The notes under the pieces: generated by a model | Seen by the model: only the letters and a program-made list of their open reading frames with translations | Told to the model about the DNA's origin: nothing | The model's database searches: none | Translations under genes and position numbers: made by a program | Shown here: piece by piece, positions 48,701 to 62,494 of the stretch | How the letters are laid out: each line of letters starts with the position of its first letter | How positions within the stretch are numbered: position 1 is the stretch's first letter | Origin: Lama glama | Taxonomy: Eukaryota | DNA length: 64,000 nucleotides | NCBI GenBank assembly: GCA_028534125.1 | Contig: CM052816.1 | Location: 69,442,001-69,506,000 of the forward strand | Reading direction: 5' to 3'

Positions 48701-49704
48701 TACGTATTTTTATTATTGTGATAGAGAAGAATAAGTTTGAAGTCCTATATTTGATTCCCAGGTGTTTTCCCAGGTACTCCACCTATTACTTGTGTGGCAT
48801 AAGGTGTTTTCCAAATGTCAGTCCATAGCAAAATGAAAAAATCAGGAGAGTGTTACAAAGTAACTGTACATTTAATTTACAGACTTAAAAAGTTGATATA
48901 TCTTAACTTTTTGTAGATATCAGAATATACTGTCTATTCTGATGATAGTGAATGATAGTATCTCTCTCTCAAAATGTCATTACTTGGCAGAATAAAAAGA
49001 TGACAATTCTTATCTGTTCTCAAGTTTGTATGTATGTATGAATGTATGTATATATTTAGAATGAACTTATTTCTAAAACCCCAAATACTGGGAACCTGGT
49101 CTAAGACAAATTAATCCAAACCACAGTTTCCTCATTTGAAAAATTCAGGTAGCATCAGAGCCTCTGTGATGATTACTGATTATTTTTATTAGTGCTAAAG
49201 TACTTTATAAAAAAAATCGCGTTATAATTTCTATACTGATTGGTCTAAGCGTCCATGTGACTCAATAAAATAATATCAACAGAAGTGGGGGCAAGTGTAG
49301 ATAAAGTGAGTCTCTCTCTCCTTGTTTATGTCCTTGATTCCCTCCCTCCCCCCACCCCGGCCCTTTAGTGACACTTCAGGGATTTTTTTGTTCACCAAAA
49401 ATGGCAGTGTACAATTTTTGTGAAATAATGTAACTAAACATTATGTAGGAGCACATCTTTGTTGTACGTTTTAAGAGCTGGGCACCAGAAAGTTGTCTTT
49501 GACCTAGGACAAAACAGGGTTTTTGGTCTGTTCTGCAGATTACTCATTTTAGCATTTCTAGTCCCCCCAAAAATGTTGAAATTAATTTTTACTATCACTT
49601 AATTTTTTATTTCTTCCTTTCTTTCTGCTCTGATTCGGGTATTTTTTAAGATAGCAATTATGACTAGTGAATGAAAATCTTATTTACCAAAAAACTTTAA
49701 CATA

Positions 49705-50352
49705 GGGCTTTTTTGAAGTTTGTATGAGATAGTATATATTGTACTTCATGAACATAAGGTGTTCATATATAAATTCATTTGTACTTGTATCTTATAGCTA
49801 TCCCCAGTTGGAGATATAAAACATTTCTAATATCCCAGAAGGCTCTATTGTGTTCCTTGCCAGGCAGTACTGACATAGATTAGTTTTGCCTGATTTTGAA
49901 CTTCATATAAATGGAATCACAAATATGTGTGTTTGTGTGTGATTACTTTTACTCAAGCTACCTGTGTAATCCATCCACATTGCATGAATTAGTAGTTTCT
50001 TTTTTATTGCAATGTAATGTTGTGTGAATACACTATTACGAATCTATCCATTCTATTGTTGATGGGCACTAAGATTGTTTCCGGTTTGGGGATATTTGGA
50101 CTAAAGCTGCTACAAACATTCTTGTACATGTTTTTGGTGGAAATAAACACTCGTTTCTGTTGAGTAAAGTGGAATTTCAGGTACAAAGGGCCAGTGTGTG
50201 TTTAGGTTTATTAAATATTGCCAAAGATTTTTCCAAAGTCGTTCTACCAATTCAACTTCTACCAGTTGTGTAAGAGTTTTAGTTATTCCATATCCTCGCC
50301 AGTAGTTATTACGTTGTCAGTCTTTTACTTAACCATTCTGATGGATGTGTAC
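49705..50352 (-). mobile_element. L1 3' end (L1ME1/2-like)
   Basis: catagattagttttgcctgattttgaacttcatataaatggaatca...tatccattctattgttgatgggca...attgccaaagattttccaaag. Confidence 0.85.
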
Positions 50353-51519
50353 TCCAAGGAAATTTAAAGTCACTCAGAGCTACTTTGATATGTTCAGGCA
50401 CGAGAACAGTACAAGAGGATTATAAGGCAGATTTTTTTTTTAATTTGGAGAAATTACTTGGGCATATTCTGAAGTTCCTACATTATTTAGTTGTGTGATT
50501 CATTTGAAAATTCTGACATGCTGAAGAGATACTGTGGGGGCCAATTGACCTAATTGTATTCCTGGCTTTGTAACCAACTCAGTGTGAGGTTTGGGCAAAC
50601 CAGTCAATGTCATTGTCTTTAATTTCTTCATCTATAAAAAGATGGGATTAATGGGATAATCCCAAATGTTTCTTTTATTTCAAATTTTTTTCAGCATTTT
50701 GTGTCCTTCTTGGAATAGCTATCTTTTTCCTCCTTCTTTTTAATTCTTTGATTTAAGTGATCATAAAGTTTCCTTTATGTAATTTATCATTCATTCACTC
50801 AATCAACTCTAATTTTTTATAAGCCTTTTTAAAGTTCTGGTGCTGCCCTGGGCACTAGGGATATACAAATGAATAAGACATTGGCCTGCCCTCAAATAAC
50901 ATATACTCTTGTGGAAATGAAAAATAAGCAATTACATTTTAAAGTGGCATATTCTATTTAGAGGGAAATAAAAGTTCCTAATGGAATGTCTGCAAGGGAA
51001 ACTTAACCTAGGCTTGAAGGCCAAGGAGAGTTTTTCACAAGAGTCATTTTTAATCCACAACATTGAAGTTGGGCAGAGTTGGCAGTGACAAGCAGGGAGG
51101 GCCAGGGCCAGGCAGAAGGATCGGGTTGTGCAGAGACTTTGGGGGTGAGTAACCCTGTCACACAAGGAACTCTAAGGCATCACTCAGTGTGCCTGGAGCA
51201 GAGTCAGGCACAGTGACTACCCTTAAGCTGCAGAGTCCATTTATGGTCACATTCTGGGAACCTTTCAAGTTTGCCTAGTGTGACATGGTTGGCTCGGGCT
51301 GCAGTGTGGAGGATTGCAAAGGGCAGCCAGACTGGAGGAAGATGCTGATCTGATTCAGGAATGAAATGAAGATATTCACAGCCAGGCAGGGCAGGAAGGA
51401 TGCAGAAAAGTAGCTGGATTTAAGCAACATATGAGAATTGCCAGAATTCTGTAATAGAATGTAGAAGATGAAAACAAAGGAGGTCTTAGGGATAGTTTTC
51501 AGGTTTTTGGTTTAAGCAT

Positions 51520-52035
51520 TGTTTTATCTATTATTGAGTAACAGACTACCTTAAAACAGTGGCTTAGTAGGTGGGTTTTTTTTTTTTCACTCATGAATTT
51601 GGAGGTAAATTGGGTTCAGCTAGGCTGTTCTTGCTCAGGATCCCTTATGAAGTTGCAATCAGACGGTGGCTAGGGTCATCTCAAAGCTTCTTGGCATGCT
51701 GGTCTGGCACCTGGGCTGGGAACATGCAATTCTGGGGGCTGGAAAAGTGTGGACTCCTAGGCTGTCTCTCTTCATGTGGTCTTTCTAGTGGTGTTAGTTA
51801 AGAAGCTGCATTGCCTACACCCAGATTGAAGGCTCACAGTGTGACTGTACCAAGAGAAATTGGTGGAAGCTGCTCGTTTTTTCTAACCAGTCTCAGCAGT
51901 CTTGCAGCATCACTTGTACAGCACTGTGTGCATTGAGGCAGTCACAAAGGTGTGCTCGGGGCCAAGGGCAGGAGATGGACATCATGTCTCGATTGTGAGA
52001 AAGAGAATTTATGGGCATGTTTTAGAACCACCACA
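51520..52035 (-). mobile_element. MaLR LTR (MLT1F-like), full length
   Basis: TG...CA termini; ggttcagctaggctgttcttgct...gttgcaatcagacggtggctagg...ggtggaagctgc...gcagtcacaaagg...ggcatgttttagaaccaccaca. Confidence 0.85.
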
Positions 52036-52254
52036 GCCATCACGGAGGCTAATTGGGTCATGTACTGTGGTAGGTGACACTTGAAGGAATAGCACGTGGG
52101 GAGAGAAAGAAAATGAGTTTGTTTTTGGAGTTTGTGTTGCTTGTGCAAAATCCACAAAGTTGAGGCTTCACGTAAGTAGGTGGGATCTCAGAGATGAGTT
52201 TTGGATGTGTTGTTAAAAATAATATGTAGCATTATTACTTGCCATACATATCCT

Positions 52255-52440
52255 GTATTATTAAATCATCATGTGGGAGGCACAGTGCTAAGTGTTTTTC
52301 ATGAATTATTTATTCCCATTACCATTTTAGAGATGAGAAAACTGAGGCTTAGAGAAATTGAGTGCCATGCCTAAGACGTGATGGAGTCAGAATTTGAACC
52401 TGGGTCTGGCTCATGTCTAACCTTGCATTCTTAACCACTT
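52255..52440 (-). mobile_element. MIR nested in L2
   Basis: ccattttagagatgagaaaactgaggcttagaga...atttgaacctgggtct...tcttaaccact. Confidence 0.85.
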
Positions 52441-53871
52441 GGATGGTAACTGAAGCCATGGCCATGTCTGAGCTTGCCTAGAGAGGGTTGTGCAGGGTGA
52501 GAAGGGAAGAACCTGAGGAAGCCCAGTGCCTCGGTCAGTGCCAGCACATAGTAGGCACACAATTTTCGTGGGATCAGCACAAGGAAAGGAAACTCAAATG
52601 GAGCCCAAGAGAAAGAGGACTGAAAGGTAGGGAGAAAACCTGAAGGGTATCTGGAGAGTGCTATGTCGAGCAGGCTGAGAAGGGAGACTTTCCAGAAGGA
52701 GGAAGTGGCCAGTTGTTTCACACGTGGCCCAGAGATCGTGGAAAATAATGACTGCAGGGTGACTGCTGGATTCACATCAGTGGTGACCTTGACCAGAGCA
52801 CTCTTGGAGGCCTGGTGGGAAGTGAGGAAATGACGCCGCTGAAGGTGCAGTCTTGTCCAGAGATTTCACTATGGGAGAGAAGGCCACCAGGGCTGGAACT
52901 GGAGGAGCGGGGGCTGGAGGGGCGGCCTTCCTTTTTAAATGGCACTGAACTGGAGATGGTTAAATGCCGATGAAGTGGAATGTGAGGTCATTTTGCTGAG
53001 TGTGATGAAATGTGGTGGTGTAGGGGGTTGAGCTGAAGAAGCTGTGGTGGAGAATGAGGGCGAGGGCTGACCAGGGACACAGGCACATTGGTCACCATGT
53101 ACTGTTGAAGCCAGAGACCATGAGTGAACAAGGACACTGATCTGGTGGCTGTGGGACTCCTTCTTTCTCTTCCAGGCTTTATAGCTGTTTGGGTTTAGGT
53201 TTACAGGAGGTAGACAGATTGATAAGGGTTGGGATTTTTCCAAGGCGAGTCAATGGATGGATAATGGGGTAGAGAGACTAGGGACACTGGCAAGAGAATA
53301 GTTGAAGTGTTAGACTGTCATGATCTCCGAGTTGGTGGAAAGGAAGGAAGGGCGGGTAGAAAGTAGAGGACACAAGTGTTGGGTGGTCTTGACAAGGCTG
53401 AACAAGAAGTGTTATTTGGAGTAACTTCAGAAAGCTGAAAGAAGAGAAGGTTCAAGGCAGGAGACAGGGTGGATGAATTTAAGATTGCAGAGGTAGAGCG
53501 GTTCTCCGAGGGGAGGCTCCTGCATGGCTGCGGTTGGCAACGGGAGAAATGGCCAGGCTAGGAAGCGGAAGAGGAAATACCACCAGGGTGCTGGATGGAG
53601 CGTCCTGTGAGCGGTGAGTTCACCAGGACCAGAGCAGTACTTAGGCTGGATCAAAAGGCCGAAGCAGGCTCAAGAATCGTCAGTGAAGGAGGGGAAGGTT
53701 GGCCAGTGTCATCACAAGGAGAGTTAGGCAGCGCTGGATGTTAGAGCTCATGGCCCTGAGTCCTGAAAGGAGTACGGGAGGAGGAGATCCTGGAGGGTGA
53801 TGTGGAGGGACTGAGTTGGGCTGCAAGAGGGGGCATTTAACAAAGCTTTTGTGGGCGTAGCGGAGTTTGTT

Positions 53872-54320
53872 TCATGGTTGAGTGTGGCAGGCTTTGGGTT
53901 GAACTGCCTGGCTCTACCGCTCGAACTGTAGCTTTGGCAAGTGATTTAACTTCTCAGTCCCTCGCTTTCCTTCTCTGTAAAATGTAAACCTCTTGGGTTT
54001 GTTGTGAGGATTAACTGAAAGAATACATGTGCTCTAGAGCAGTGCCTGACTCCTCTCTCTCTGCCACCAGTCTTGCTGTCATCTTAGCAACAATAACGAA
54101 CAACCCTTCACAGCGTTTCTGTTAGCAGGCACTTTCTAAGGGCCCGATGAAATAGATATCATCTATTTTTCAAATGTTGAAACTGAGACATGGAAAGATT
54201 TAGCAGCGTGGTTAAGGAAATAAAGCTAGTTAGTGGCAGAATTAAGCTTTGAACCCAGGAAGTCTTGCTTCAAAGCCGTCCCTCTTGTCCAGTACTGAAT
54301 AATGCATATTAACTACACCA
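53872..54320. mobile_element. Two MIRs tail-to-tail
   Basis: Sense ggcaagtgatttaacttctcag...tctgtaaaatg (53872-54050); antisense gaaactgagac...agctagttagtggcaga...tttgaacccagg (54090-54320). Confidence 0.75.
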
Positions 54321-55319
54321 CCATGCCCACCTGTACCACCACCACCACGGCTGAGGGTTCTGGAAAGGCTGGGAGGTGGTACTAGTGTGGGGTTGGCTTG
54401 GTGGAAAGGAGGAGCAGAGCTGTGTGGGGTAGGGATAACTGTAATCTGAAAGACGATGGGATCAGGTGGATGTTTTCCAAAAATAATTTGATCTAACAGT
54501 TCCCTGGTCAGGGAGGTGGGAGAAAGTAGGCCCCAGTTAGTTGTGCAAGGAGGGAGTCCTAGTTCAGCTAAATAAACTCACAGTTCAATTACTTTACTCT
54601 TAAGACCCCCAGCCTGAACTTTTCTGCTAAAAGTGATTGCATTTCCAAAGGTGTTTTGGTCCCTGGTAAGTGAGGTGACTGGACTCTCAGGGGACTCTCT
54701 GGACATCTGTCTCTATCACACAGCTGCATCTCCTAGGAGGGCACCTGGGGTTTGGGTCCCAGGCTCCCAGGGCAGAGAACTGGTGGTTCGAAGTGCTGAG
54801 TCCTGGAACTGCCCTGAAAGGTCCGGGGCAGCTCGTTGGAGCCAGGAGTTGGCTTTGTGAAGACAGCCTGCTTAGGGCTGCTTTGTCAGGGCAGCCTGTG
54901 AGCTAACCTGCATGTGATGTGTCTGGAACAATCACACAGTATCTGGATATGTTGTTAATGAAGCTGCAATGGGCTGTGTGATCTGGCTTCTATCTAGTTA
55001 GAATGATACACTGAGTCTAGTGTTGCAGAAATTATTTTTGGTCAGAGTTCACCTTTTCCCTCCTATTCTTCTTTAAGCCATCTTTCTTGCAGTCTTCTAC
55101 CACTGAGACTGTACTGAGGCTCCTTCCAAGGCTACTCCTGGAGCTACCTTAGACAGTCATGCCCAGTGGACACAGCACAGAGGTGCCTGGCCAAGGGGGC
55201 AGGCGCAGCTGAAATCCAGCCCCTGCCCAGCTTGCCATGGTCCCTGTTGTGCGTTGGCACAGAGGTGCTAATGGGCTCACTATGGCCTTGCCTCAGGCCT
55301 TGGTTCCTGTCTCTGTCAC

Positions 55320-55650
55320 GGGACAAAGCACTGTGTGTCACAGTGCGAGGCTGGATTTTGGGTCTCCTTGTATCCCCAGAGCCTGGCACAGGGACACAAG
55401 ATAGCTACTACGTCAATGGTTGGGCTGAGAGGCTGCACAGAGTGATATTTGAGGGCGTTGACCTTGGAGTCAGACTGCATTTGTATTCTAGCTCTGTCAC
55501 TTACCTGTTGTGCAACCTCTGTGCCTCAATTTCCCCGTATGCAAAATGGGCGTAATAATAGCACCCACCTCTCAAAGTTGAATTAAACATATAAAGCTCT
55601 TAAAAGAGAGCCTAGTACCATAAGCACTATAAAAGTGTTTGCTATTATTG
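55320..55650 (+). mobile_element. L2 3' terminus followed by near full-length MIR
   Basis: tgtatccccagagcctggcacaggg (L2); ttggagtcagactg...ctctgtgcctcaatttcccc..tgcaaaatggg...taagcactataaaagtgtttgctattatt (MIR). Confidence 0.8.
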
Positions 55651-57171
55651 AATTGGAACTTTCTATGGAAAACAAGGACTTTGGTACTGTTGTCACCAAA
55701 AGGATCCCGCTCTTATTCTATTCATTTTTGCAATACCAGCTTTTCAAAAATCTTTCTGCCTCCACCTAATAAACATAGTACAGAGAACCAGGTTGAAGCT
55801 ATTGCAGCTGCTTGTTGCTGTGTTAAGTGTAGCAGTTTCTGATTTACAGGGGTGAGAGGTCCTCATGGCCTAGGGTGGCCCATGGCTCTCTGCAGGCCCG
55901 TCTGCTTGCAGATGTTATGTAGTTTGGCCAAATGGGACGGCTCACTTGAAACTTAGTGGGCAAGGTCTCCACGGTCCTCCTGTAGAATGATACTATGTGT
56001 GGAGCTCTCAGCTTCTCTTTGGTTGGTGTCAAACAGTTTGAAAGTCAAGTTTCTGCTTTTGAGAACTTTTCCTCCTGGTATGTGATTGGCCAGCTCCTTT
56101 ATCCCTTTTTCCCTTAGGAATGTTTCCTGTGAAGTAACACATGATGGAGGACAGTGCACTAGGCTGATTTATTGGCTAATATTGTCATCTTAAATCTTCC
56201 CTGAATGTGGCTGGTTCTTTTTCAAGTCATGATGCTAGACAGAGGAATGCCTCTTGTGATGACTGAGATTCTCTTTCTGTTTTGTGTGTGAACATTGTAC
56301 GTCTGTATTGTTCACCAGTAACATTTCTCTTAGTGTAACGTAATTTTCTCCATGATTGTTGGGTTTTCAAGATGTGTGTTCTAAAGATTGGGTCACTCCT
56401 GGGTTTCCTTGGTTTTTCTGCCTTTTTCAGGGCCCCTGTCAGCTGACCTTGGGCTGTGGGCAGGGTTACTTCATGAACCTGAGTTGTTCCCGTCATTTCT
56501 GTGTACTTGGGCTGCAGTTTTTCTGCAGCTTGACTGTGTAGGAAAGATTCCTCCCAAATGTGTCTGTATTTGGGGAGAATGCCTAACTATACTGGTCATC
56601 TTTGGAAATACCCACGGGTGAATATTTTCCATTTCTTCTCTTCTGAGAGCTCCCTTCTTACTGAATTTTATTGTAAATAATTATGTGAGTGTAATATCCA
56701 CTTTGAATAGTTTCATATGACAGACTTAGTAAAAATTTTCTCTTTTGATTTCCATATTGAGAAGAGATCTTCAGCTTCTGACTTTAGCACTTCAAATTGG
56801 ATTCTTTGTTATATGGGTGAGCACAAGCGTAATGAAACAAGTTGCTTAAATGTGGAGGTTATGAAGAGCTGTGTAAGAAGTGATGTATATCTTAATTCTT
56901 TTACAAAAGTTGTCTTGAACAAACTGGCATAGTCATGATTTTGAAGAAATGATGGAGAAAAAGGATTAAGAAGTTTTAACAAGCTCAGTGACAATCTAAA
57001 TCTCTCCTGTGTTTTAAAGCCATTCTCTTTTATTTCCCAAATCCAGAGTGTTTCAGAGTTCATCTTTGAGGCAAAGGTCATTTATACCAATTGCTTTATA
57101 TTATTGCAGTGATTTTAAAACAACAACAGCAGCAGCAACAACAAATGAATATTCTAAGAGTGGGTGTGGGT

Positions 57172-57452
57172 ACAGATAGTAAGAACAAACTAGTAGTTAT
57201 CCGTGGGGAGAGGGTAGGGGAGATGGGCAATATGAAGTAGGAGATTAAGAGTTTCAGATTATGTATAAAATAAGGTACAAGGATATGTTGTACAACATGG
57301 GAAATATAGCCACTATTTTATAATAACTGTAAATGGAGTCTAGCCTTTAAAAATTGTCAATCACTATATTGTATACCTGTAACTTATATTGTACTTCAGC
57401 TATACTTAGTCTGTAGATTAAACCAAAATAACTTTCAACTGAAAAAAAAAAA
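57172..57452 (+). mobile_element. L1 3' UTR fragment (cetartiodactyl-type), sense to ARL15
   Basis: gaacaaactagtagtta...tacaaggatatgttgtacaacatgggaaatatagcc...aatcactatattgtatacctg followed by an A-tail. Confidence 0.85.
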
Positions 57453-57903
57453 CAAAGGACACATGCGTAGCATTTTCCTGGGTATTTAAAATTAACAAGG
57501 ACTTTTGTTGACTAAACAACATTTTAATCAGTGTTTATTTGCTTGAAATGATACATAGTGACTTCAAGTCCTTGATTTTAATTCAGATGAATGGCCCTGT
57601 GTTCAAATACTTTGTTACAGCAAGAAAAGGATCTGCTAGGTTTTAAAATATTCCATGAAGGTTGGATGTCAGGGTAGGTTTGGGAAAAAGAAGAGTCCTG
57701 CTCTCTCTTCCTCCCATCTTTCCTCCCTCCTTCCTGCCTGAATTTCTCACTCAACAAATATATACTGGGAGCTTAATTTTGGTAGGTACTTGGACATCAT
57801 AGATAATACAGAGACAAGGCCTTTAGCTACTGCACAATATGGCCATAACACTGAATGTAATACCGCTCTTGCTTGAGGGAGAACACTGGATGATGGGCAA
57901 GAT

Positions 57904-58107
57904 CGGGGCAGACAGACTTTTCCTGTAAAGGGCCAGCTAGTAAATATTGTAGGCTCTGCTCAACTACTTACTGCTGCCAGTGTTGCACAAAAGCAGCCCT
58001 GGAGAATACATCAACAGAGGGATGTGGCTGTGTTCCAATGAAACTTTATTTCCCAAAACAGGCAGTGGGCCAGGTTTGGCCCTTGGATTCTAACTGGCCA
58101 ACCTCTG
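57904..58107. mobile_element. MER58A-like hAT-Charlie DNA transposon
   Basis: ctgtaaagggccagctagtaaatatt...gtggctgtgttccaatgaaactttattt...aacaggcagtgggccagg...gccaacctctg. Confidence 0.85.
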
Positions 58108-59189
58108 GACTGGTAAAATAGAATTGACCTCCTTGAAGAAGAGAGGCAGTGTTTCATGATATTTTTCACTGACATCAGAGTTTTGGTTTGTGTACTTGCA
58201 GGATGGATACCTTTAAAGAAGGAGGCAATATGATCAGTGGCTTTGGTTATTAGAAGGACATAAATACTGTCCTGTATTGAATCTCCTGAAGACAGACTAC
58301 AATGAGAGGGTCAATATGGCCGGAAGGCGAGTACTGAGACAGGGGGAGGAGAAGGCTTACTCACAGGAAATGACAAAGTAGAAGCTGCTCCCCACCTGTC
58401 AGGGACCCGATAGAAGGGGTTCGTTCCCCAGTTGAGAAAATAAAGGAGAGACAAGGTTTGTTTCAGCTTTTTGCCTACTTATCAGTTGGTCCTAGTATAT
58501 CGAGCACTCTTTTCACTTTACCATAAGTTACTTAAAATCATTGTGGTGTAGGGATGGATTTCAACTATTTCTTTTCATTTAATCATTGGAATTTTTTTCC
58601 AACCAATTTTATGCAGAACTCAGATATACGAAACAAATATGTGGTATTTTATTATACATGATTTTTACAAGTTTATGCTCATGATATTTACTTACATTGT
58701 GTATACATATATATTTATATATGTGCTGTATATTATCAGTGAGGACATAGAAGCTATTTTGAGAAACACAAAACTGAGTTTAGATTAGATGCATTTAATT
58801 TAGATCCATTTAGATGGATGAGAACTGAAGTTTCATCTAGCTTATAAAGTTCTGCATTTTGTTTCTTTTGTGTGTGATGTTAAGGAAAAAACCAGATTCT
58901 GAGAGAATTATAGTTTCAAATGTTTCAGATTTTAAAGTAGCTCAGTCTTAAATTAATCTTCAATCAGAAGGCAGAATATGTAGGTTTTATTCTGAGGTTG
59001 CCTCCTCCTTCCCCTCCAAAGAAAAGATTACCCTGGCGGCACAAGTGATGTGTGGGTGGTCTCCAGTATGTTACAGTTTCATGTACAGTACATTTGAGTC
59101 TCTAATAAAAATTCAATTTTCATTGAAAAAACATTCCTCAGATATCCAGCTGCCTCTTTGGAACCTTATTTGGGGTTCAGAGTTTGAAA

Positions 59190-59405
59190 ACTACAGGTTT
59201 AGAATCAGACCTGGGTGGAAATCTAAGTTCTGCCCCTTACCAGCCACATGCTAGTAACTCTGTTTTTTTTTTTTTAATCTGACAAACAGACCTAGAAATA
59301 CACCCATGGCTCTAGTTGTGAGAACTACTGTGTTGTGTTCTAGTTGTGAGATGAGAGTGTAAAACACCCAGCACATAGTAGTCTCTTAATAAATGCCTTT
59401 TATTT
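59190..59405 (+). mobile_element. MIR
   Basis: ggtttagaatcagacctggg...tctgccccttaccagc...cagcacatagtagtctcttaataaatg. Confidence 0.65.
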
Positions 59406-60209
59406 TTTCCTTTCTTGTGACTTGAAAGATAATCACAGACCTCTTTTTAAATTATATTGTGTGGCTGTATTTGATTTCAATGGGTTTCATTTGCCTTTAG
59501 TAGAAATTATTCACCATCCTAAAGGAATGCTTGATTGACCAGACTCTCTACCCATGGAAATGGCAATTACTCCCCCAAAAGGAGTGGTTTTGTGTGGACC
59601 CCTCACCCTGTTTGTGGATTGTGATTCCATCTGGCCTGAGAGTGAAGAGGAGTTTGTTGAGATCCACTCCCCACCCACTCCAGTGGAGAGCTGGAATTTA
59701 AGAGGCTTGTTTATCCACATAGATAAGGGCAGTGAGTATGCAGACTTTCCTTACTAGATTTTTATGTCAACTGCCCCATCTCTGTCTGTTCTCTTTAGTC
59801 ATTAGTAGTAAAAGCCATGCATGAGAAAGGCCAGTGTGCACACCTTTGGAGAAGCAGAGATGTGGGCTGCAAGAAAAGGAGGGAGGGCTTGTGCCACTTG
59901 GTGGTCAGACTTGAGGGATAAGGAGAACATCTCCAAGACCTAGGAGAGGTAGTAGTGTCCCCGGAAAAGAAAGGGGAAACAGGCTGAGTCCTCGGGGACC
60001 AAAAGTAGTGAGATCCCAACAGGCTGAGCTGGGCATGGATCACCTTGGAAATTTACAGAAAACCCCAAGTAGTTTCCTGACCATTCTCACTTAGGGTCAT
60101 GTGTCTTTTAATAAGTGAAAGAAAGTGGTACAGCTGTTCATGCTGGTGTCAGGCTTTGGTGTATCAGATGCTAAAGAGGCCCAGGAAATTGGTCCTGAAG
60201 GAAGGTCCC

Positions 60210-60650
60210 AGAGGGGAGCCGGACAAGGTCCTGTGGGGCCAGGAGGTTGTGGTAGGAGGTTGCTTTGTTTATAGTTACTCTCAAATTAATCAATGGTTTT
60301 AAGCAGAAGGTGATAGGACCTGATGTGTGTTTTGAAAACTTGCTCTGGCTGCCACATGGAGAGTGGATTAAATGGGGCCTGAGGGGAGCTGGGAGGACCT
60401 TGGGGGAGACTAGTCCACGTCCCAGCAGGAGGTGTGGGCCGCCTGGCCTCGACTTCATTGAGGTTGAGAGGATGCCTTCTCTTTGCCAAGCATCTGAAGT
60501 TGCCTGCTTGATCCAATGAGGTCAGTGGTATGAGTAATCGTCCTTTCTTTTCACATCTGAGGACCAGTCACTGAGGTTCAGGGTGACTGAGTTTTCTAAG
60601 GTCACACCCAGAATGATTTGAAGCCAGGACTGTCTAAACATAAGGCTCAT
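60210..60650 (-). mobile_element. L2 fragment followed by MIR fragment
   Basis: ggttttaagcag...tgtgttttgaaaa..ctctggctgc (L2); cactgaggttcag...aaggtcacacccag..atttgaagccagg (MIR). Confidence 0.6.
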
Positions 60651-61561
60651 GGTTACATATTTTTTCTCTTTCCAGAGTCAGAGAAACAAGAGGGAAAGTC
60701 CAGATTGTGCCATAAACCAAAAGGAAGTGTTTTGACCCTTTAAATGGTTGGACAACATTTTTCTGTACCTAGTGTTTCTTTCTGGGCAGTACAATAATTT
60801 TTATAAGTTAATATGGAGATATTGATTTACTAAAGTCTTGAGCATTTAGATATTTTGAGGACTTTAAATATAGATTTGACAATGTAAGTATCATGTTCAA
60901 GGTAGAGGCTTCAAATGGTCAGTTCAAAGACTGAATCCCTCAGTGAAAGTTTCTAAGGTCTTCTAAACAGAAGGGTGGTGCTGAAGAATAAAAGTATATT
61001 CATTTAATTATATCCTAAAGGGAATGCGAGAGAGGGAAAAGAGGATAAATCCATATTTTGAAGAATTTAAAAAATATAATTTTCCTTATGATTCTAAATA
61101 ACAGTGCCCCCAAGTGTCTAAAGGGCAATGCATTGCAAACTGGATGCTTGTCATTATAAAACAATATCATAAAATATTAATACTGAATATTCAGAAGGGG
61201 TAATTGAATAATAAACTTTTACATAAGGTGGACTAAAACCTGTTCAGCTTTAAACGTAGCTGTGAATTGCCTGACTGGACAGTATGAGGTCTGGCTGAAA
61301 TTAATGGATTTCCTTTTTGCCTCTGATGCCGGGTCTGTGTGGTCACAGTGCTGGGAGCTAAGCCCTCTGCTTTGGGATGTTTCTTCCTTTGGGGAATCTT
61401 GGGATTAGCGTCCTAGTATTTTCAGTGAGAAGTCATAGTTCTGGAATGTGGAGACAGCAGGAAGAAACACCAGGAGTATGAAATGAAGCCTGAATCCAGG
61501 GTGTCTAGAGAAGCTGACAGCTGAGTGCATCCCTGGGCACCCCCAGTGTCCTTGGCCTCTT

Positions 61562-62061
61562 NNNNNNNNNNNNNNNNNNNNNNNNNNNNNNNNNNNNNNN
61601 NNNNNNNNNNNNNNNNNNNNNNNNNNNNNNNNNNNNNNNNNNNNNNNNNNNNNNNNNNNNNNNNNNNNNNNNNNNNNNNNNNNNNNNNNNNNNNNNNNNN
61701 NNNNNNNNNNNNNNNNNNNNNNNNNNNNNNNNNNNNNNNNNNNNNNNNNNNNNNNNNNNNNNNNNNNNNNNNNNNNNNNNNNNNNNNNNNNNNNNNNNNN
61801 NNNNNNNNNNNNNNNNNNNNNNNNNNNNNNNNNNNNNNNNNNNNNNNNNNNNNNNNNNNNNNNNNNNNNNNNNNNNNNNNNNNNNNNNNNNNNNNNNNNN
61901 NNNNNNNNNNNNNNNNNNNNNNNNNNNNNNNNNNNNNNNNNNNNNNNNNNNNNNNNNNNNNNNNNNNNNNNNNNNNNNNNNNNNNNNNNNNNNNNNNNNN
62001 NNNNNNNNNNNNNNNNNNNNNNNNNNNNNNNNNNNNNNNNNNNNNNNNNNNNNNNNNNNNN
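61562..62061. other. Assembly gap (500 N)
   Basis: Exactly 500 N. Confidence 1.
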
Positions 62062-62290
62062 TGCACTAGGGACTAGTACCTGTGTTCAGTTTCTGGTGCC
62101 CAGATACCCTTTCCTAGGTACTTAGGGTAGAATACTTGTTCTCAGAAAGCCTTTTCTGTCTAGATAGGCTAGAAGGTCACAGGAACATGTCAACGTGTTA
62201 TTTGTGGTAGGTAAGTGATAACTACATTCAGCACAGGTTTTTTATTGGCTTTTGGTAGTCAGAATATTCACTGAACCATAAGATACTTTT

Positions 62291-62429
62291 AAAAATTATT
62301 TTACTTTTTTTTTGGCAGGGGGAGGTAATTAGATTATTTATTTATTTGTTTCTAGTGAAGATACTGGGATTGAACCCAGGACCTTATGCATGCTAAGCAT
62401 GTGTTCTACCACTGAGCTATAAGCTCCCT
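62291..62429 (-). mobile_element. Camelid tRNA-Ala-derived SINE (vic-1 type) with TSD
   Basis: Reverse complement tatagctcagtggtagaacacatgcttagcatgcataaggtcctgggttcaatccc; 15-bp TSD CCATAAGATACTTTT 62276-62290 and CCATAAAATACTTTT 62430-62444. Confidence 0.93.
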
Positions 62430-62494
62430 CCATAAAATACTTTTTGAACCTGCTTTATACACAGTTTGTTTGACATAATTTGCATTCATTTTTT

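Larger units (their letters stand above)
50788..53760 (-). mobile_element. Long L2 (~3 kb span) interrupted by MLT1F-like LTR and MIR
   Basis: Antisense terminus attcattcactcaatcaac at ~50789; collinear L2 motifs on both sides of the inserts (ggtttttggtttaagca; gtggtgaccttgaccagagca; purine-rich ORF2 region to ~53700). Confidence 0.7.

Noticed and set aside
61422..62076. ORFs of 183 and 214 aa spanning the second gap
   Set aside because: Artefacts of the N run.
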